Source of the DNA: Octopus bimaculoides
Taxonomy: Eukaryota
Reading direction: 5' to 3'
DNA: 64,000 nucleotides
Assembly (NCBI RefSeq): GCF_001194135.2
Contig: NC_068995.1
Span: 24,196,477-24,260,476 of the forward strand
The position numbers were made by a program, and so were the translations under genes. The notes under the pieces were generated by a model. It saw only the letters and a list, made by a program, of their open reading frames with translations. It searched no databases and was not told the DNA's origin. This document shows, in pieces, positions 25,904 through 39,662 of the stretch. The number at the start of each line of letters is the position of its first letter. Positions within the stretch are counted from its first letter, which is position 1.

Positions 25904-26583
25904 NNNNNNNNNNNNNNNNNNNNNNNNNNNNNNNNNNNNNNNNNNNNNNNNNNNNNNNNNNNNNNNNNNNNNNNNNNNNNNNNNNNNNNNNNNNNNNNNN
26001 NNNNNNNNNNNNNNNNNNNNNNNNNNNNNNNNNNNNNNNNNNNNNNNNNNNNNNNNNNNNNNNNNNNATATATACTCATATTTATGTATATATCTATATA
26101 TATGAATACATAACACACACAGACACCTGTGTATATATACTTACATATGCGTATATTTATAAATATACATACATACGTATCTATTCATATACATATACGT
26201 ATACATGCGCGCGCGTGTGTGTGTGTGTGTCTACTTACATATATATTACATACGTATATGCAATATGTGTATGAATATTTTTTCAGCAGTGGGAGTGCAT
26301 AGTAATGTACTCTAGTATATGTACGCATATATGTGTTTGTGTTTGTGCGGTGCAGGCGTTTATTCGATTCTTTGGTTGAGCAATAACAATGAAAGCAGTT
26401 TAGTAACATACATAGCGTGTGTACTAATTCTTATAAAGACACGTGCGTGTAAATGTGTATGTATGTGTGTTTACGTATGTTGTGCATTTCTGTGAGTGTG
26501 CCCCTATATGTGTGCATGCTACCATTTATTATTATTTCTTTTTATGTACATTCCGTGTATATGTATGGTGTACGTCCGCTTAC

Positions 26584-26616
26584 CACAAACGCCATATTGA
26601 ATTGGGTAAGGTTACG
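26584..26616 (-). CDS. Candidate 33-nt micro-exon of unidentified host gene
   Basis: Acceptor ctgtttacttcttctcgtgctgtcag, donor GTG|GTAAGC; open in phase 0 (RNLTQFNMAFV) and phase 2 (VTLPNSIWRL). Confidence 0.5.
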
Positions 26617-27543
26617 CTGACAGCACGAGAAGAAGTAAACAGACGGTCAGACAAATCGATCGACCAATCGATATATAGATAATTAGATAAATAAACCTAG
26701 ATGCCAAGTGGTCAGTCAGATGGATATATGGAATAGATACATAAATAAATCGATAGTATGGTCGATAAAAATGCTATAAAATACATTGAAAGCAGGAGGA
26801 CGAAAAGACTGATTGATTAAATGAGTGGGTGAATATTACACCCACCCACACAAATATATATACATACATGCGTACATACATACATACATACATACATACA
26901 TACATACATACAAACATACATACATATATACAGTATGTTGTCTAAAATCCAACGAAAGAGCTTTGGTTGGAAAGCTTAAAACCGGATTTTTTCCATTAGT
27001 GATAATTTTTTAATGTAATACATAAATGCATACATGCATACTTACATAGAGACATATACATGCATGTACACTAACATATATAAATACATATATAGTTACA
27101 AAAACGTATTCATGCATAAATACACGATATGTAAATATATATGCCATTATTCAGTTTTATTTCAAGATTTCTTGCCAGTAGAGAAAGAGTTGGTTTTTAA
27201 CCTAGATCCAAGGCTCCTTGATGTATGAGTGTGTGTGTATGTCCACACACAGACATAAATGTGTAGTTACCTATACCCACATAAATTGTTACATTCATAC
27301 ACACATACATACAAACATTGGAATTTCAACAGCATCAGCAGGAGTTCTTTGTACGTATGTATGTATGTTCAGTTTTATTTCAAGATTTCTTACCAATAGA
27401 GAAAGAGGCAGTTTTTAACCTAGATTCAAGGCTCCTTCATTGGAATTTCAACAACCACAACAGAGTATTTTTGTTTGTATGTGTATTTGCAGATTTGTAT
27501 GTTTTGATTTATGCATGTATTCTCATGCATGTACTTTTCTACT

Positions 27544-27749
27544 CTAGGCACAAGGACCAAACTTTTTGAGGAGGGGGCCAGTCGATTAGATCGACCCCAG
27601 TACACAACTAGTGCTTAATTTATCGACCCCGAAAGGATAAGAGGCAAAGTCGACCTCGGCAGAATTTGAGCTCAGAACACAAAGACAGGCGAAATACCGC
27701 TAAGCATTTCGCCCGGCGTGCTAACGTTTCTGCCAGCTTGCCGCCCTAA
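27544..27749 (-). mobile_element. SINE family A, near full length
   Basis: Reverse-complement match including the 3' CTTGTGCCTAG tail. Confidence 0.92.
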
Positions 27750-27759
27750 GACATGCTCA

Positions 27760-28830
27760 AATATATTTAAATGATAAACTTCTGGAAAGTTTTACAGATT
27801 TTTACAGTTCCAGTGATGGATTGGATTTGTGGTCTTCGAAATTAGCTTTCTCTTTTCTGGTTTTGAAAAGCCTAATTTCTCCAGATTGGTAATTTAGGCA
27901 GTGTGTTACATATCCCAGGTCCCAATAATTACAGGTATAAATCTGAACTTGTAATCTAGATGGAGTTTCTTCAGATTTCCAATAGTTCAGCATAGACATT
28001 CTCTTTTTCACTGATCTTCAGCTTTATGTTAACATCCGCCGAGAAGCTAATCTCCACAACTGAGCATATTTTCTCTTCTCTGTCCCAAACCATTGCATCA
28101 GGTCTGTTGTACTTACATTTTATTGAGGTCTTCACTGGAACATTCTACCAGTACTCCTTTATATTATGAGTGGCTATGGCTTCTACCATACTGTGGGTTC
28201 TTATTTCTTTGTGTTTGGAGTTATCTTTCTGGCGGATTTCATTATACAGTATCTTAGCTACATCATGTCTCATCAGTAGATAATACCATGATGACATTTT
28301 TGGACAACTGCTCATGATGTGGGTGATATCTTCAGTGTGAACTCCACAAAGTCTGCATCGGTTGTCACATTTTACTGCTTTTCCTGCATCTCTATCCCTT
28401 TTGTGCTTCAGGTACTTGGTCGATATTTCCTGTTCCTGGATTGCAAGCGCATACCCTTCAAAGTGGAAAGTTGTAATCCTGCTGTTGGTCCATAATAGAC
28501 TGCTTTGGTGATCGATGTTACTATCATTTCGGAGTTTTTCTACTAACATATCCATGCATCGTCTTCTGCTCATATAGGCTCATCCTCTCATCTGATAATA
28601 CGTTGCAGTAGAGTCGTGCAACTTCTTTGGGCATGTATTCTAGGTTATCAGACACAGAATGTTGCTCAAGGAGCTGCCTTCCAAGTCTTATGATATTATC
28701 AACCTCATGTATGCAAACTTGGTCAAGAGAAGCACTTCGATAATTGGTAGTTAAAAGATGTTGCTGAAGAGATATGATACGACATTCAAAGGCATTTTAA
28801 ATCGATGTTAAGCCTCTGCTGCTTTGTTTT
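27760..28830 (-). mobile_element. RLE-type (R4/NeSL-like) non-LTR retrotransposon 3' fragment
   Basis: RGL..KTMHG..AIQEQEI..CRLCGVHTEDITHIMSSCP..RHD..YNRPDAMVWD..VVEIS..IPVIIGTLG: CCHC finger plus PD-(D/E)XK endonuclease. Confidence 0.9.
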
Positions 28831-29467
28831 CGTTTTAGGTAGCGGCAGTGTACGTCACTGTTTATGTGGAAATTATGTACGCTTGTTAATATTTTTCGGG
28901 TTTTCACATCAATGCTCGGATCTTATCAAGCGTCCAATGAAGCAGCCCAAATGTTGGTATGAGTACTGGCAGTGCAAATACATTGTGGGCTACTATTTTA
29001 TTGAACGCAGAGAGTTCTGAGGTTCAAATTTTCTTTATTCGGCTGTAATACGCTTTAGTGACACATGTATGTATGTATTATGTATGTATGTATGTATGTA
29101 TGTATGTGTGGTGCGTGTGTATGTCCACACAGTCATAAATGTGTAGTCATATATACCCGCATCAATTGTTACATACAAACATACATACATACAAACATTT
29201 AAACCAAATAACTAAAAAATACAACCTTAAATAATTAGTGCTCCAGCATTGCCTCAGCTTTTGGGCTTCTACACATAAAAAGATAAAAGTAACATCCACA
29301 GCTATTTGTTAAGGTTATTTCACTTTGATTTAATTATGTGTCGATCTATCTAGCTATCCGTCATTCTATCTTCCATCCACATAGATATATTGTCGGATTG
29401 GAGATATAAAAACATTAAAACCAGTGTCAAAAAAACTTGTTTATTGCCTGTCACAACACTCATTTAT

Positions 29468-29475
29468 TCTCTCTC

Positions 29476-29526
<51 letters not shown>
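29468..29526. repeat. (CT)n microsatellite
   Basis: Direct inspection. Confidence 0.95.
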
Positions 29527-29528
<2 letters not shown>

Positions 29529-29672
29529 TAGCCTCTCGCTTCAATTATACCACATACCCCGGCACTTAATATGTTTATCTCTCTCTCTTTCTATTTTCTA
29601 CCCTTTTCTTCAACATATCAGCACAGCGTAATAGCAATACATTTCCCTTCACTCTCAGCGCTAACACACACA

Positions 29673-29736
<64 letters not shown>

Positions 29737-30734
29737 CTCTGTTTTCGTTTCTCCCTTGAATTAACCACTTGAGAGTCACTTAGCTTAATAACAATTACTT
29801 TCCCCCTACCTCACGTCATTAACACTTTTCTCTCCCTTTTTCCCCTCTCCCTCTTTTTCTCTCGCTCTTCGACTCTCCTTTAGCTAATCACGTGACAGCG
29901 TAACGCATTGGGCCTTAGCGTATGAATATACAGATTCCCAAATCTATTAAGCACCATAAGTAATTACCTAAAACGAAAACAATAAGACAGGGACTTAGGA
30001 TTGCTTCGGAATGAGTTTTTATGCCGCATCTAATCCCTTTGACAGGATCTACTAACTATAAAGGTTCGATGTGTGTAAATGAATCAAATCTGCATCAAGA
30101 GATATGGAAGAGAGCTCCTAGGAACTTATTCTTTTGTTGAAGGACAATGATCACAGAAAAAAGACACAGTTCCGCTGCAATAGAACAGCAGACGAAAGGC
30201 TTCCTGCGTATTAGGAGAAAGTCATGCATTCTCTGTTGGTAGACCGTTTCATAGTGTAGGTAACATATATGATCAGAGTAGTTACCTTAAATCAACAACC
30301 GTTACATTAGCTATCACGTTAGAGGGTATGCTATTGCAATCCAGGAACAGTAAATAACAATATACTTGATACGCAAAAGGGAACGAGATGCATGTAAAAG
30401 ACAGAAGGGAAATATGCTGCAGATTTTGTGGAATTAATACTGGAAAAGTAAATCACAACCAAAGCAACTGTCAGGAAATCTCATTCCCTGTCTGCCTCTG
30501 AGGTATGATGTAGGGGCAATAGCATTATGCTATAAAGCCCATAGAAAGGATAGCCATGCGTGTAAAAATATAAGAATTTACAATGATATAGAGTGAATGC
30601 TTTTGAAAATATGAAAGAACTTTGCAATAATCTTTCATAAAAATCCCTATAAAATGTAGGAACAACAGACCAAAACATTGATTTAGGACAGACGTAAACA
30701 TAATATTGATTTGAAATTTCAGCATAGGGCCTAC

Positions 30735-30922
30735 AATTTCTGAGGAGGGGAAAGTCGATTTCATCGACCCTAGTGTTCAACTGGTACTTATTTTATCTGC
30801 CCTGAAATGATGAATGGCAAAAGTTGATCTCGGCAGAATTTGAATTCAGAATGTGAAACCGGACGAAATGCCGCTCAGCATTTTGCCCGGCTCGCTAACG
30901 ATTCTGCCAGCTCACCGCCTTC
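30735..30922 (-). mobile_element. SINE family A
   Basis: Reverse-complement match to family A. Confidence 0.88.
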
Positions 30923-32005
30923 ATTTTAAACATAGTATTAAAGAGGAGAGAAAAAGAAAAGTCTATGTCGGACTAATGAGAAATCTGCAGATACAACACC
31001 TGGACAATAGCTTCAGAATTATGTGTATGATTATCGAGATGCATGGCTAGGTAACTGACTCAGGACCAATTTGGAGGAGTTCGGTTTCAAAACTAAAAGG
31101 AGTCTTACTAGGAACTTAAAATTCATGAATTAATTAAAGGGCGTTTCAAATACCTTAACCACTCTAAGCGTATAGTCGGCAGAATGCACATTTCACACAA
31201 ACATACAAACATATGTATATGTATACATACGTCATTTAATACATACAAACATATGTGTATGGGTACATACGTCATTCAATACATACAGAATCACAAATGC
31301 AATTACATACATGTATACACATACATTAGAGTGTGATTACAAACATGCATACAAGCCGGCAAATTGACTGGAAGACAGACTATCGGCGTGACGAATCACA
31401 TTCTTGGTTTCCGAGATTATTCATTAGTACTGCTAGTAACAGCCATAATGAATAATTAGTTATTCTTCAGATCACATTCGTTAAAGAAACATTTTATGTA
31501 AGTATATTCGTGTCAAAGTTAAATTCATCATACAGAAACTTGCGACGAACAACATGGCTGGACACATCAGTAAAAAAAATGAAGACAGCAAAAAAACGTA
31601 GTCTTATTAGCTATAATTATAAAAGCACAGGAAACTATAAAGCACATTTTCTTGGAGATATAAACTCAGTAATGTCATATTGCAACAAAACGTTCTTCTA
31701 TCGACTGTATGAGTATAATAAACTTACATTGAGATGATTTTCATCCAAAGCTAAATTATTCCACGACTATGCAATTTCACCGGCAAGTGACATTTGTAAA
31801 AAGCGAAGTGAGGTTTGTGGAATGTTATTCGATTGTCAAAAGTAACAATTGAATTTATAATTCGAGCCTTTCATGGAACTGCGGATATCTGTAGCATTTC
31901 ATAAGTTTAACGTGTAATAAGGACATATTTGTTCATGGAGGTATACAAACATACTTAACACCTATATACATGACTCAAAGTATTCCAGTGCGCACAGGAA
32001 ATGAC

Positions 32006-32049
<44 letters not shown>

Positions 32050-32191
32050 NNNNNNNNNNNNNNNNNNNNNNNNNNNNNNNNNNNNNNNNNNATTCTTTAG
32101 TCATTTGCACGGTGATCGCTTTAAGCTTATAAAAAATACCATTATTATTATTTACAGAATTGTAAATTTCGACACCACTTAACAAAACCAT

Positions 32192-32237
<46 letters not shown>

Positions 32238-32597
32238 CTCATAGATACAAACATACACATACAAATACACGTATATTTACTTCATAACAAGTAACTCATG
32301 AAATAAATTAATATACTGTCTTATTTAACGTATTTGAAGATCTTCCATTGTGATTCCGTTTCTTACGGAATCTCCAACTATATACAAATATATTTAGAAA
32401 TATAAATAAATAAGTGAAAACTGTAAGAAAAAGATAACTAGCATCTCAATTAGAAAAGTGTTCAAAAGTTAGGGTGTTGATGAAATAAAATGTGTGTGTG
32501 TGTGTATAAAGTTTTGTATTAAAAAATAATAATCGATGGTAGTCAGTTTGTTGGTCAAGAATTTTCTCTATTTTCTGCTTAATTTAAATTCTATATA

Positions 32598-32667
<70 letters not shown>

Positions 32668-32668
<1 letters not shown>

Positions 32669-33410
32669 GTGGGGGTACTGAAGAGTATGAATGTGTATGA
32701 GTGGATTGAGAAGTTTTAAAATGGCCGGACAAACGCCAAGCACCTAGGGAGATCAGGACACCCTTCAACCTCCATCATTGATGTTAAGAAATCTTACACG
32801 ACAGACTTTCTTTCCATAAGTCTGTGCGAAATGGTTTCCAAGAGAGTTTACCGAGGCACATAAACGCAATCGTGTTGATATTTGTCAACGCTTACTCAAC
32901 TGCTACAACGATGAAGTTGAAGCTTTTTCGAAGAGAATATCACAAGAGATGAGACCTGGATCCATCACTTTGAGCTAGAATCCAATAAGTAGAGAAATAG
33001 AGAGGAAACACTCAGAATCGCCAGCGAAAAAGAAATTCAAAACTCTACCTTCCTCAGAAGAAGTAATGTTAACCGTTTTGGGGGCGCAAAAGGGCCTATA
33101 CGGAAGCATTAGATGGAAAAGTGTCAGAAGACACCAGTGTAGACTACAGTGAAAGGCTGGCCGTAAAGCAAACCAGCAATTCGCGCCAAACGCAAAGATC
33201 TATTGTCAAATCAGGTGTCATTGTTGTATGAGAATGCATGACAATGCACGACAATGCACGCCGACATACAGCCGCCTACTGCATTGGGGCATTGAAAAAT
33301 TGGGTTTCGAGTAGCTGGAATACCCTACATAGAGTCCTTATTTCGCTTCTTTCGACTACCACCACTTGGGACTGTTCAAACATCCTTTAGGAGGTCATGG
33401 GTTTCTTCTT
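32668..33410 (+). mobile_element. Mariner (DD34D) transposase pseudogene, internally deleted
   Basis: TIR-like start after TA tract; VYEWIEKF, DETWIHHF, HDNAR, and decayed YSPDLAPSDYHL-like motifs. Confidence 0.85.
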
Positions 33411-33798
33411 ATTTTTTTTCTCTTTNNNNNNNNNNNNNNNNNNNNNNNNNNNNNNNNNNNNNNNNNNNNNNNNNNNNNNNNNNNNNNNNNNNNNNNNNNN
33501 NNNNNNNNNNNNNNNNNNNNNNNNNNNNNNNNNNNNNNNNNNNNNNNNNNNNNNNNNNNNNNNNNNNNNNNNNNNNNNNNNNNNNNNNNNNNNNNNNNNN
33601 NNNNNNNNNNNNNNNNNNNNNNNNNNNNNNNNNNNNNNNNNNNNNNNNNNNNNNNNNNNNNNNNNNNNNNNNNNNNNNNNNNNNNNNNNNNNNNNNNNNN
33701 NNNNNNNNNNNNNNNNNNNNNNNNNNNNNNNNNNNNACAATACGTGTTGTTATGTGTGTAAATACTGTAAACTGTATCTGGAAAGAAATACAGACACA

Positions 33799-33799
33799 C

Positions 33800-33870
<71 letters not shown>
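33799..33870. repeat. (GATA)n microsatellite
   Basis: Direct inspection. Confidence 0.95.
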
Positions 33871-33872
<2 letters not shown>

Positions 33873-33988
33873 TTACCATATGCTGTAATATGCTGGTATA
33901 TCTCATAATTTAGCATGTCTTAGTTTGTCTACATTGAAATGGTCTGAATAGCACAATTTCTGAAATTCTATATAATTAGCAGAATTTT

Positions 33989-34050
<62 letters not shown>

Positions 34051-34549
34051 ATGTGACTGATGAACGCACACACACTTACATACATACATACCTGCACACA
34101 TGTATATACATATACAAATGCATATATATATATATATATGTAAATATATGTTAGTACATATATATGTACACATAGGTGTATATTAACAAATGCGCAACCT
34201 AAGAAGACTCAACCTAAGAAGCTGCACACAACTCCAAAGTTACACATACAATATATGTGCACACACACATATGTACAAATACAAACAATGCATCACAAGT
34301 AGACACATATGCACGAATATATCCTGTATGCAATACCCACACGCATATCAATCAGATGATTTCATGTACATATTCACACGTACATGCAAATTCACACAGA
34401 TTGATAATATACATCTATACTTACCAGACAGATGCACGAACGCAAACACGCACACATATGCACACAGAAGCCTAACCACTATCACTGCCCACACACATAC
34501 ACATGCACACACTTTCAAGAACCTAATACAAAAAATACAAAAATAGAGC

Positions 34550-34812
34550 ATTATTTACATTCGACGGATATTTTTCCTCTTCTTGTTTGTTGTTAACACC
34601 ACGTTTCGGCTGATATACCCTCCAGCCTTCATCAGGTGTCTTGGGGAAATTTTGAACCTGGGTTCTCATTTCTAAGGTATTTTTCGATGTTGTTGTTATT
34701 GTTATCATTATTATTATTGTTATCATTATTATTATTCAGGTCACTGCTTGGAATCGAACTCAGAATCTTGGGGTTAGTAGCCCGCGCTCTTAACCACTAA
34801 GCCACAGAACTG
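34550..34812 (-). mobile_element. Composite short retroposon (family C): tRNA-like head, (AAT/AAC)n linker, hammerhead-containing body, AATGTAAAT tail
   Basis: Minus strand: TGGCTTAGTGG (A box) and GAGTTCGATTCC (B box) at 34812-34737, microsatellite linker, then a body matching both arms at 40813-41078. Confidence 0.75.
34595..34640 (-). ncRNA. Minimal type I hammerhead ribozyme motif (variant with GUG at the cleavage triplet)
   Basis: GACAC-CUGAUGA-A-GGCUG(loop)CAGCC-GAAAC-GUG-GUGUU; stem I GACAC/GUGUU, 5-bp stem II, palindromic ACGU stem III. Confidence 0.65.
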
Positions 34813-35644
34813 AACAAGGAATAGTATTTTAATATGGGTATAAAATGGTGAGAACCTAAAGATTATATAGCAAAGCTTTGACTCTGGTCGCCCGTGGATG
34901 AGCATTTATACAGCTCTTTTAAATCATATTCATACAATATTGTGTATAGTGTATGTAATATTCAGCAATTAACAGCTAATAATGATGCGTTGAAATAATT
35001 GTACTGATACGCAATAAATCCTGTTCAATCCATCTCGTCATATTATTTTTTTTTATATAATATGTATATTTGCGGATTTCCACATGTATATCCAGTAAGA
35101 GAAGTCCTACTGTATAATAACATTTGGTAGCCGATATCCTGAGTGGAGCTTTGGAAAGCACACTATGAGTTGTTACCTAGATTATCTGTATGTGTGGGAA
35201 TATGTATGTATGGACGCGAACAGTGATGGATGTTTAATTATTTTGGCAAACTTTTGTGGGTACAGTTTGAAAGGACTGTCTCTCAATAGTTTATTAATAA
35301 GTTCCCAAGACTCGGTGGATTAGGGGATTTATCGCTTAAAACCAACACACAAACGAACAAATACGCTCATATATACATGAATACAATATATGTAATAGTA
35401 ACATTTGAACTGTGGGATATCAGAATATGTGACGACGACGTGAATTCCTAAAATGCTTTACAGAAAAAAGGGAGGTAAATTGGTTTGAACAAGTTTCTTC
35501 AGGAAAGTCACCTCTTGCTCTCCAGAATTCTCTTCTTATGATTTACTTATTTCTTTAAAATAATAAAAAATATATAGAAAAGATTATGTCAGACAAATAA
35601 AACGACTTGAAGCTTTACTGATTATATTGTAATGAACCGTACGG

Positions 35645-35835
35645 TGACCAAATGGCCGCATCGTTAGCACGCCTGGCAAAATGCAAAATGCTTAGCGGCA
35701 TTTCACCTGTCTGCATTCAACTCCTACCGAGGCCGACTTTGCCTTTCATCTTTGCGGGGTTCGCAAAATAAGTACCAGTCAAGCACTGAGGTCATTGTAT
35801 CCGGCTTAACCCCTCCCCCTGAATTACTGGTCTTC
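35645..35835 (+). mobile_element. SINE family A, degraded
   Basis: CGTTAGCACGCCTGGCAAAATG..CCGAGGCCGACTTTGCCTTTCATC..ATAAGTACCAG. Confidence 0.8.
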
Positions 35836-36585
35836 AATATTTTTATGAACCGTGATGATAATGACTGTAAATCCCGCCAAAACTGCAAGTAAGACATTTA
35901 ACTTGACATTCTACATTTTATGCTATATAACCAATAACTCTTCCTTTATATTTGAAATTAAAATTATGAAAAGAAATATATATGCGTGTGTTAAATGGGA
36001 AATAATTCTAAGCAGTAAAAGGTCAAACCGATGAATGATAGCAATAAAGCCCACATACACTTTGAAAAAATATACATTAAACCATGCTTATCTTATCGAA
36101 AATGAATCCAAAATATTCTTTCCCAACTTTGCCAAATGAAATACAAAAATACTGTACAGTTTCGCATACAAAAAATAGTTTGTTCTAAAATAAAAATATA
36201 AAATATATAGAAAAACAACAAATATTCAACACTCTATTTTATTGATTTTTTTTACTTGTGCATTGTTATCTCTTTGAAAACAAATTGCTATAAAATAAAA
36301 TAAGATAAAATTTAGCAGCTATGATAAATAGAGACAACTTCAGTGTGGGAAGGCTGTTTTATCAACAGAAATATTTGATTGCTTAAATTTGTGATATTTT
36401 CTTTAAAATATAAAGATAATATATTTATATTTTACACGAAACCTTAAAGATATTTGAATAAGAAAGTAGGGTCACGACAAAGTTATACTTCCTTAAAAGT
36501 ATTAAGAAGAAAGAAACCTCTTCAGATTGTAGCATGATTTAAGGCCAGAAATGCAAATCGACTTGAATTTCTTTCTCTTCCGTCA

Positions 36586-36625
<40 letters not shown>

Positions 36626-38109
36626 TTCTCTACAGGAACTAAACATGAATGATAAATTATGTCGATATTGTGACTGTAGTTGATTAATTTATCTTTGATT
36701 AATTATTGGTTCTCTTTAGCACCAATAAAGAGGTATTTAAATATGGAATTGAAAAAGCCGAAACTAATTATTATATGGTATTTTCTCAGTACCTCTTTAA
36801 ACCTGAATAAAGATTGCAAACCTGTACTATGCCATCTGTTTAATCTTCTTCCGTAAAGTGTAGTCAATATTAAAAAATGTCTTCTTATACCGGCACGAGC
36901 ATCCAAACATTGAGGAAAAATAATGAGATGTGATGCAATATTTCTCACAGGTAACATAATATTAGTCCCACTTATGAAAGGCTAAACTAACTTTATTATA
37001 ATCAAATAATCAGCATAAGAGTGACTAAACTAATGTCCCATCACCAAAACTTTCTTGCAACGCATTTACCTACTCCGCTGCTACTAATCTATTGACTTCT
37101 ACAAAATGAGACACCTCAAACTAGCCAAAATCTGCTACAGAAGAACGAATTGAAATGTAAACAAACCACCGACTTCAACACCTTCATCGTATCGTCTTTC
37201 AACATTCAAAAAGTTCTGTATCAGATGGAACCGATTAGGATGAGTGCACAATATATAAAGTCACACTTTCAATCTCTCTAAGCTATCATGAGATAACACA
37301 GCAGTTTTAAAGAGATTACGAAAAAAACCGCCGATATTGAAAGTTATCTACGATATTGCTGGATATTGTTTAAAAAAGATTTGATAACGTATATTAAACA
37401 ATCAATACAACAGCTACCAATTTTACAGACAAATAGGTTGTAACACTAGCAATATCAAATTTAAAATATGAAATCTGAAATTTACACTCAGGATGTTGGA
37501 AATCTGTATGATAGGAAAAAGAGAGCTAATAGATGGGTTTTGAAACAAGATGGTAACTAGAAAGGTCAACTAAGATGCGTATTTAAAATATTTAAAATTT
37601 CGACAGATGTTTATTTAAAATATCTATGGAATACCAAATTGACAAACCAAATCGTTTTGTTATAGCACAGGTTAAATACTCTAGTCAACAATGAAAACAT
37701 TAACTTGATAGAAAACCATGGGCATATTCCTTGCTCTAATTACTATCGCAATCAAAATTATCATTGCGAATTTAATAAAAGAGTGATTGGTAAGTAGGCT
37801 AACAATTTATTTAATTTGTTTTACTATTTAACGTAAAACAAAATTTCCAAGGAACTTGTGCTATGTTGCTTGATTACGGAAGCGTGATTGGTTTTAATCA
37901 ACACTTATGGTTGTTGAAATCACAGCATTTGACAACTATATCTGTTTTCCTGGCAATTGAAAGACTCACAGTAATCTTTCATTTACAAATCTTCATATCA
38001 GTAAATGAAGGCTGACCAAATGCCTCTGATGTTATATAACTCTTTCAAAATAAATATGCCAAGGAGATAATTTATGTGTGCTTATGGAGGATGGCGGCAC
38101 GTGAGCAAG

Positions 38110-38260
38110 TGCCGAGCTCCCAAAATAAATGGTACCTATGAAAAAGGGTAACCGAAGAAGACTTGGGATGAAGTGATATAAAATGATCTCAAGGTGTTAG
38201 ATCTGATAAAGGAGATGGATGAATATTGTCGACTGCGATACATGTGATACAGAAGATCCG
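38110..38260 (+). mobile_element. RTE-like LINE ORF2 C-terminal fragment
   Basis: PKKTWDEVI*NDLKVLDLIKEM resembles RPRKTWxxxVxxDL. Confidence 0.5.
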
Positions 38261-38668
38261 ATCTCCAGCGCAAGCTTAGTACGCGCACTCCACCCTTTCC
38301 ACTTGTTTTTTTGGGGGGGGGGGGAGGTTTGTGCACTTATTTCCATCCACTTGCTATCCATTCTATATACACCTACATCCAACAATCATCTATTTTCCTA
38401 ACCACTGTGCCAATTCTGTACCCTTTCATCTTCTCTACTCATTCCTTTTGCAAAAATCCAGGAAATATTTCTTATAGTCTACAACAGAAAGAGACACTAA
38501 TATAAACTATAATTTCTTTGTTGAGAATAAATACAGAAAATATGTATAATACTGAGGAATAGTCGGAATTAATAACATCTTTGTATCTGATACTGCGGAG
38601 AAGTTTAATCAAAATAAATATTAGGTTTTGATTGCCAGGTGCTGAAAACCTACGTATCAAACTAACAA

Positions 38669-38871
38669 TACAGACTACACTGTAACAGTGTTATAACACT
38701 ACAAACATTAAATCAGTAACAAACACGTAACAAACTTATATCTCTTCTCAACGACTTCTACGATTGCGCATTCATCAATGCGTGTACCTCCGATTATCTG
38801 TAAGCACACGCTTTTATAAGGTTTAGGACAGTTCATTTGCTATCCCACAGGCGTGTCAGGATTTCACCACA
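38669..38871 (-). repeat. 3' LTR of Gypsy element
   Basis: Starts TGTGGTG on the minus strand right after the PPT; both ends match 41579-41670 and 43640-43701. Confidence 0.88.
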
Positions 38872-38999
38872 ATATCTCCCCTTTTTGAGCTTGACTTTCC
38901 TTGGAAGTCAATTATTTTTCTTTTATTTATTATATATTTATTACCATCTCTCCCCCTTTTCTTTTCCTTTTAACTTAATTCCCCGGGAAGAAATTGGAA

Positions 39000-39262
39000 T
39001 ATATTTTTCGTTTTGGCTCGACCTTTTACCATGTACATTATTTTTCCTAAACGTTTATTTATTATACTTTCTTCCCAACTTTCCTTTCACAATTCTGTAT
39101 ATTTTAAAATGCATCTTGTCACCGATTTTGTAGCATTTTATCTTATTTTCGGTGTTTCTCTTCATTTTGTCTTTTCTTTCGGTAATAATTTGTCAAACAC
39201 TGACCTGACCTTCCTGGCAAACATTAGTTCAGCCGGCGACATACCTGAAGTGGTGCTGGGGT
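39000..39262 (-). pseudogene. Gypsy integrase C-terminal remnant
   Basis: TTSGMSPAELMFARKVRSVFDKLLP. Confidence 0.85.
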
Positions 39263-39286
39263 ACTTTATTATTTTCTTTTCTTCAC

Positions 39287-39662
39287 AGGCGTAGAAGTGG
39301 CTGTGTGGTAAGTAGCTTGCTTACCAACCACATGGTCACGGGTTCAGTCCCACTGCGTGGCACTTTGGGCAAGTGTCTTCTACTATAGCCTCGGGCCTAC
39401 TAAAGCCTTGTGAGTGAATTTGGTAGACGGAAATTGGAAGAAGCCGTCGTATACGTATATATATATGTGTGTATGTGTATGTGTTTGTGTGTCTGTTTGT
39501 CCCCCCAGCATCGCTTGACAACCGATGCTGGTGTGTTTACGTCCCTGTAACTTAGCGGTTCGACAAAAGACCGATACAATAAGTACTAGGATTACAAAGA
39601 ATAAGCTCTCGGCGGTGCTCCAGCATGTCCGCAGTCAAATGACTGAAACAAATAAAAAAAAA
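39287..39662 (+). mobile_element. SINE family B inserted in the Gypsy RT start
   Basis: Full head and core; splits PIVYV|KK.N.K of the RT. Confidence 0.92.

Noticed and set aside
34737-34812. tRNA gene with anticodon ACT
   Set aside because: Acceptor, anticodon and T stems are mismatched and it is fused to a repeat body; treated as a SINE head.
37100-37700. Possible LINE endonuclease and C-terminal remnants
   Set aside because: Too decayed to assign beyond a faint SFNIQ / WNTKLTN resemblance.
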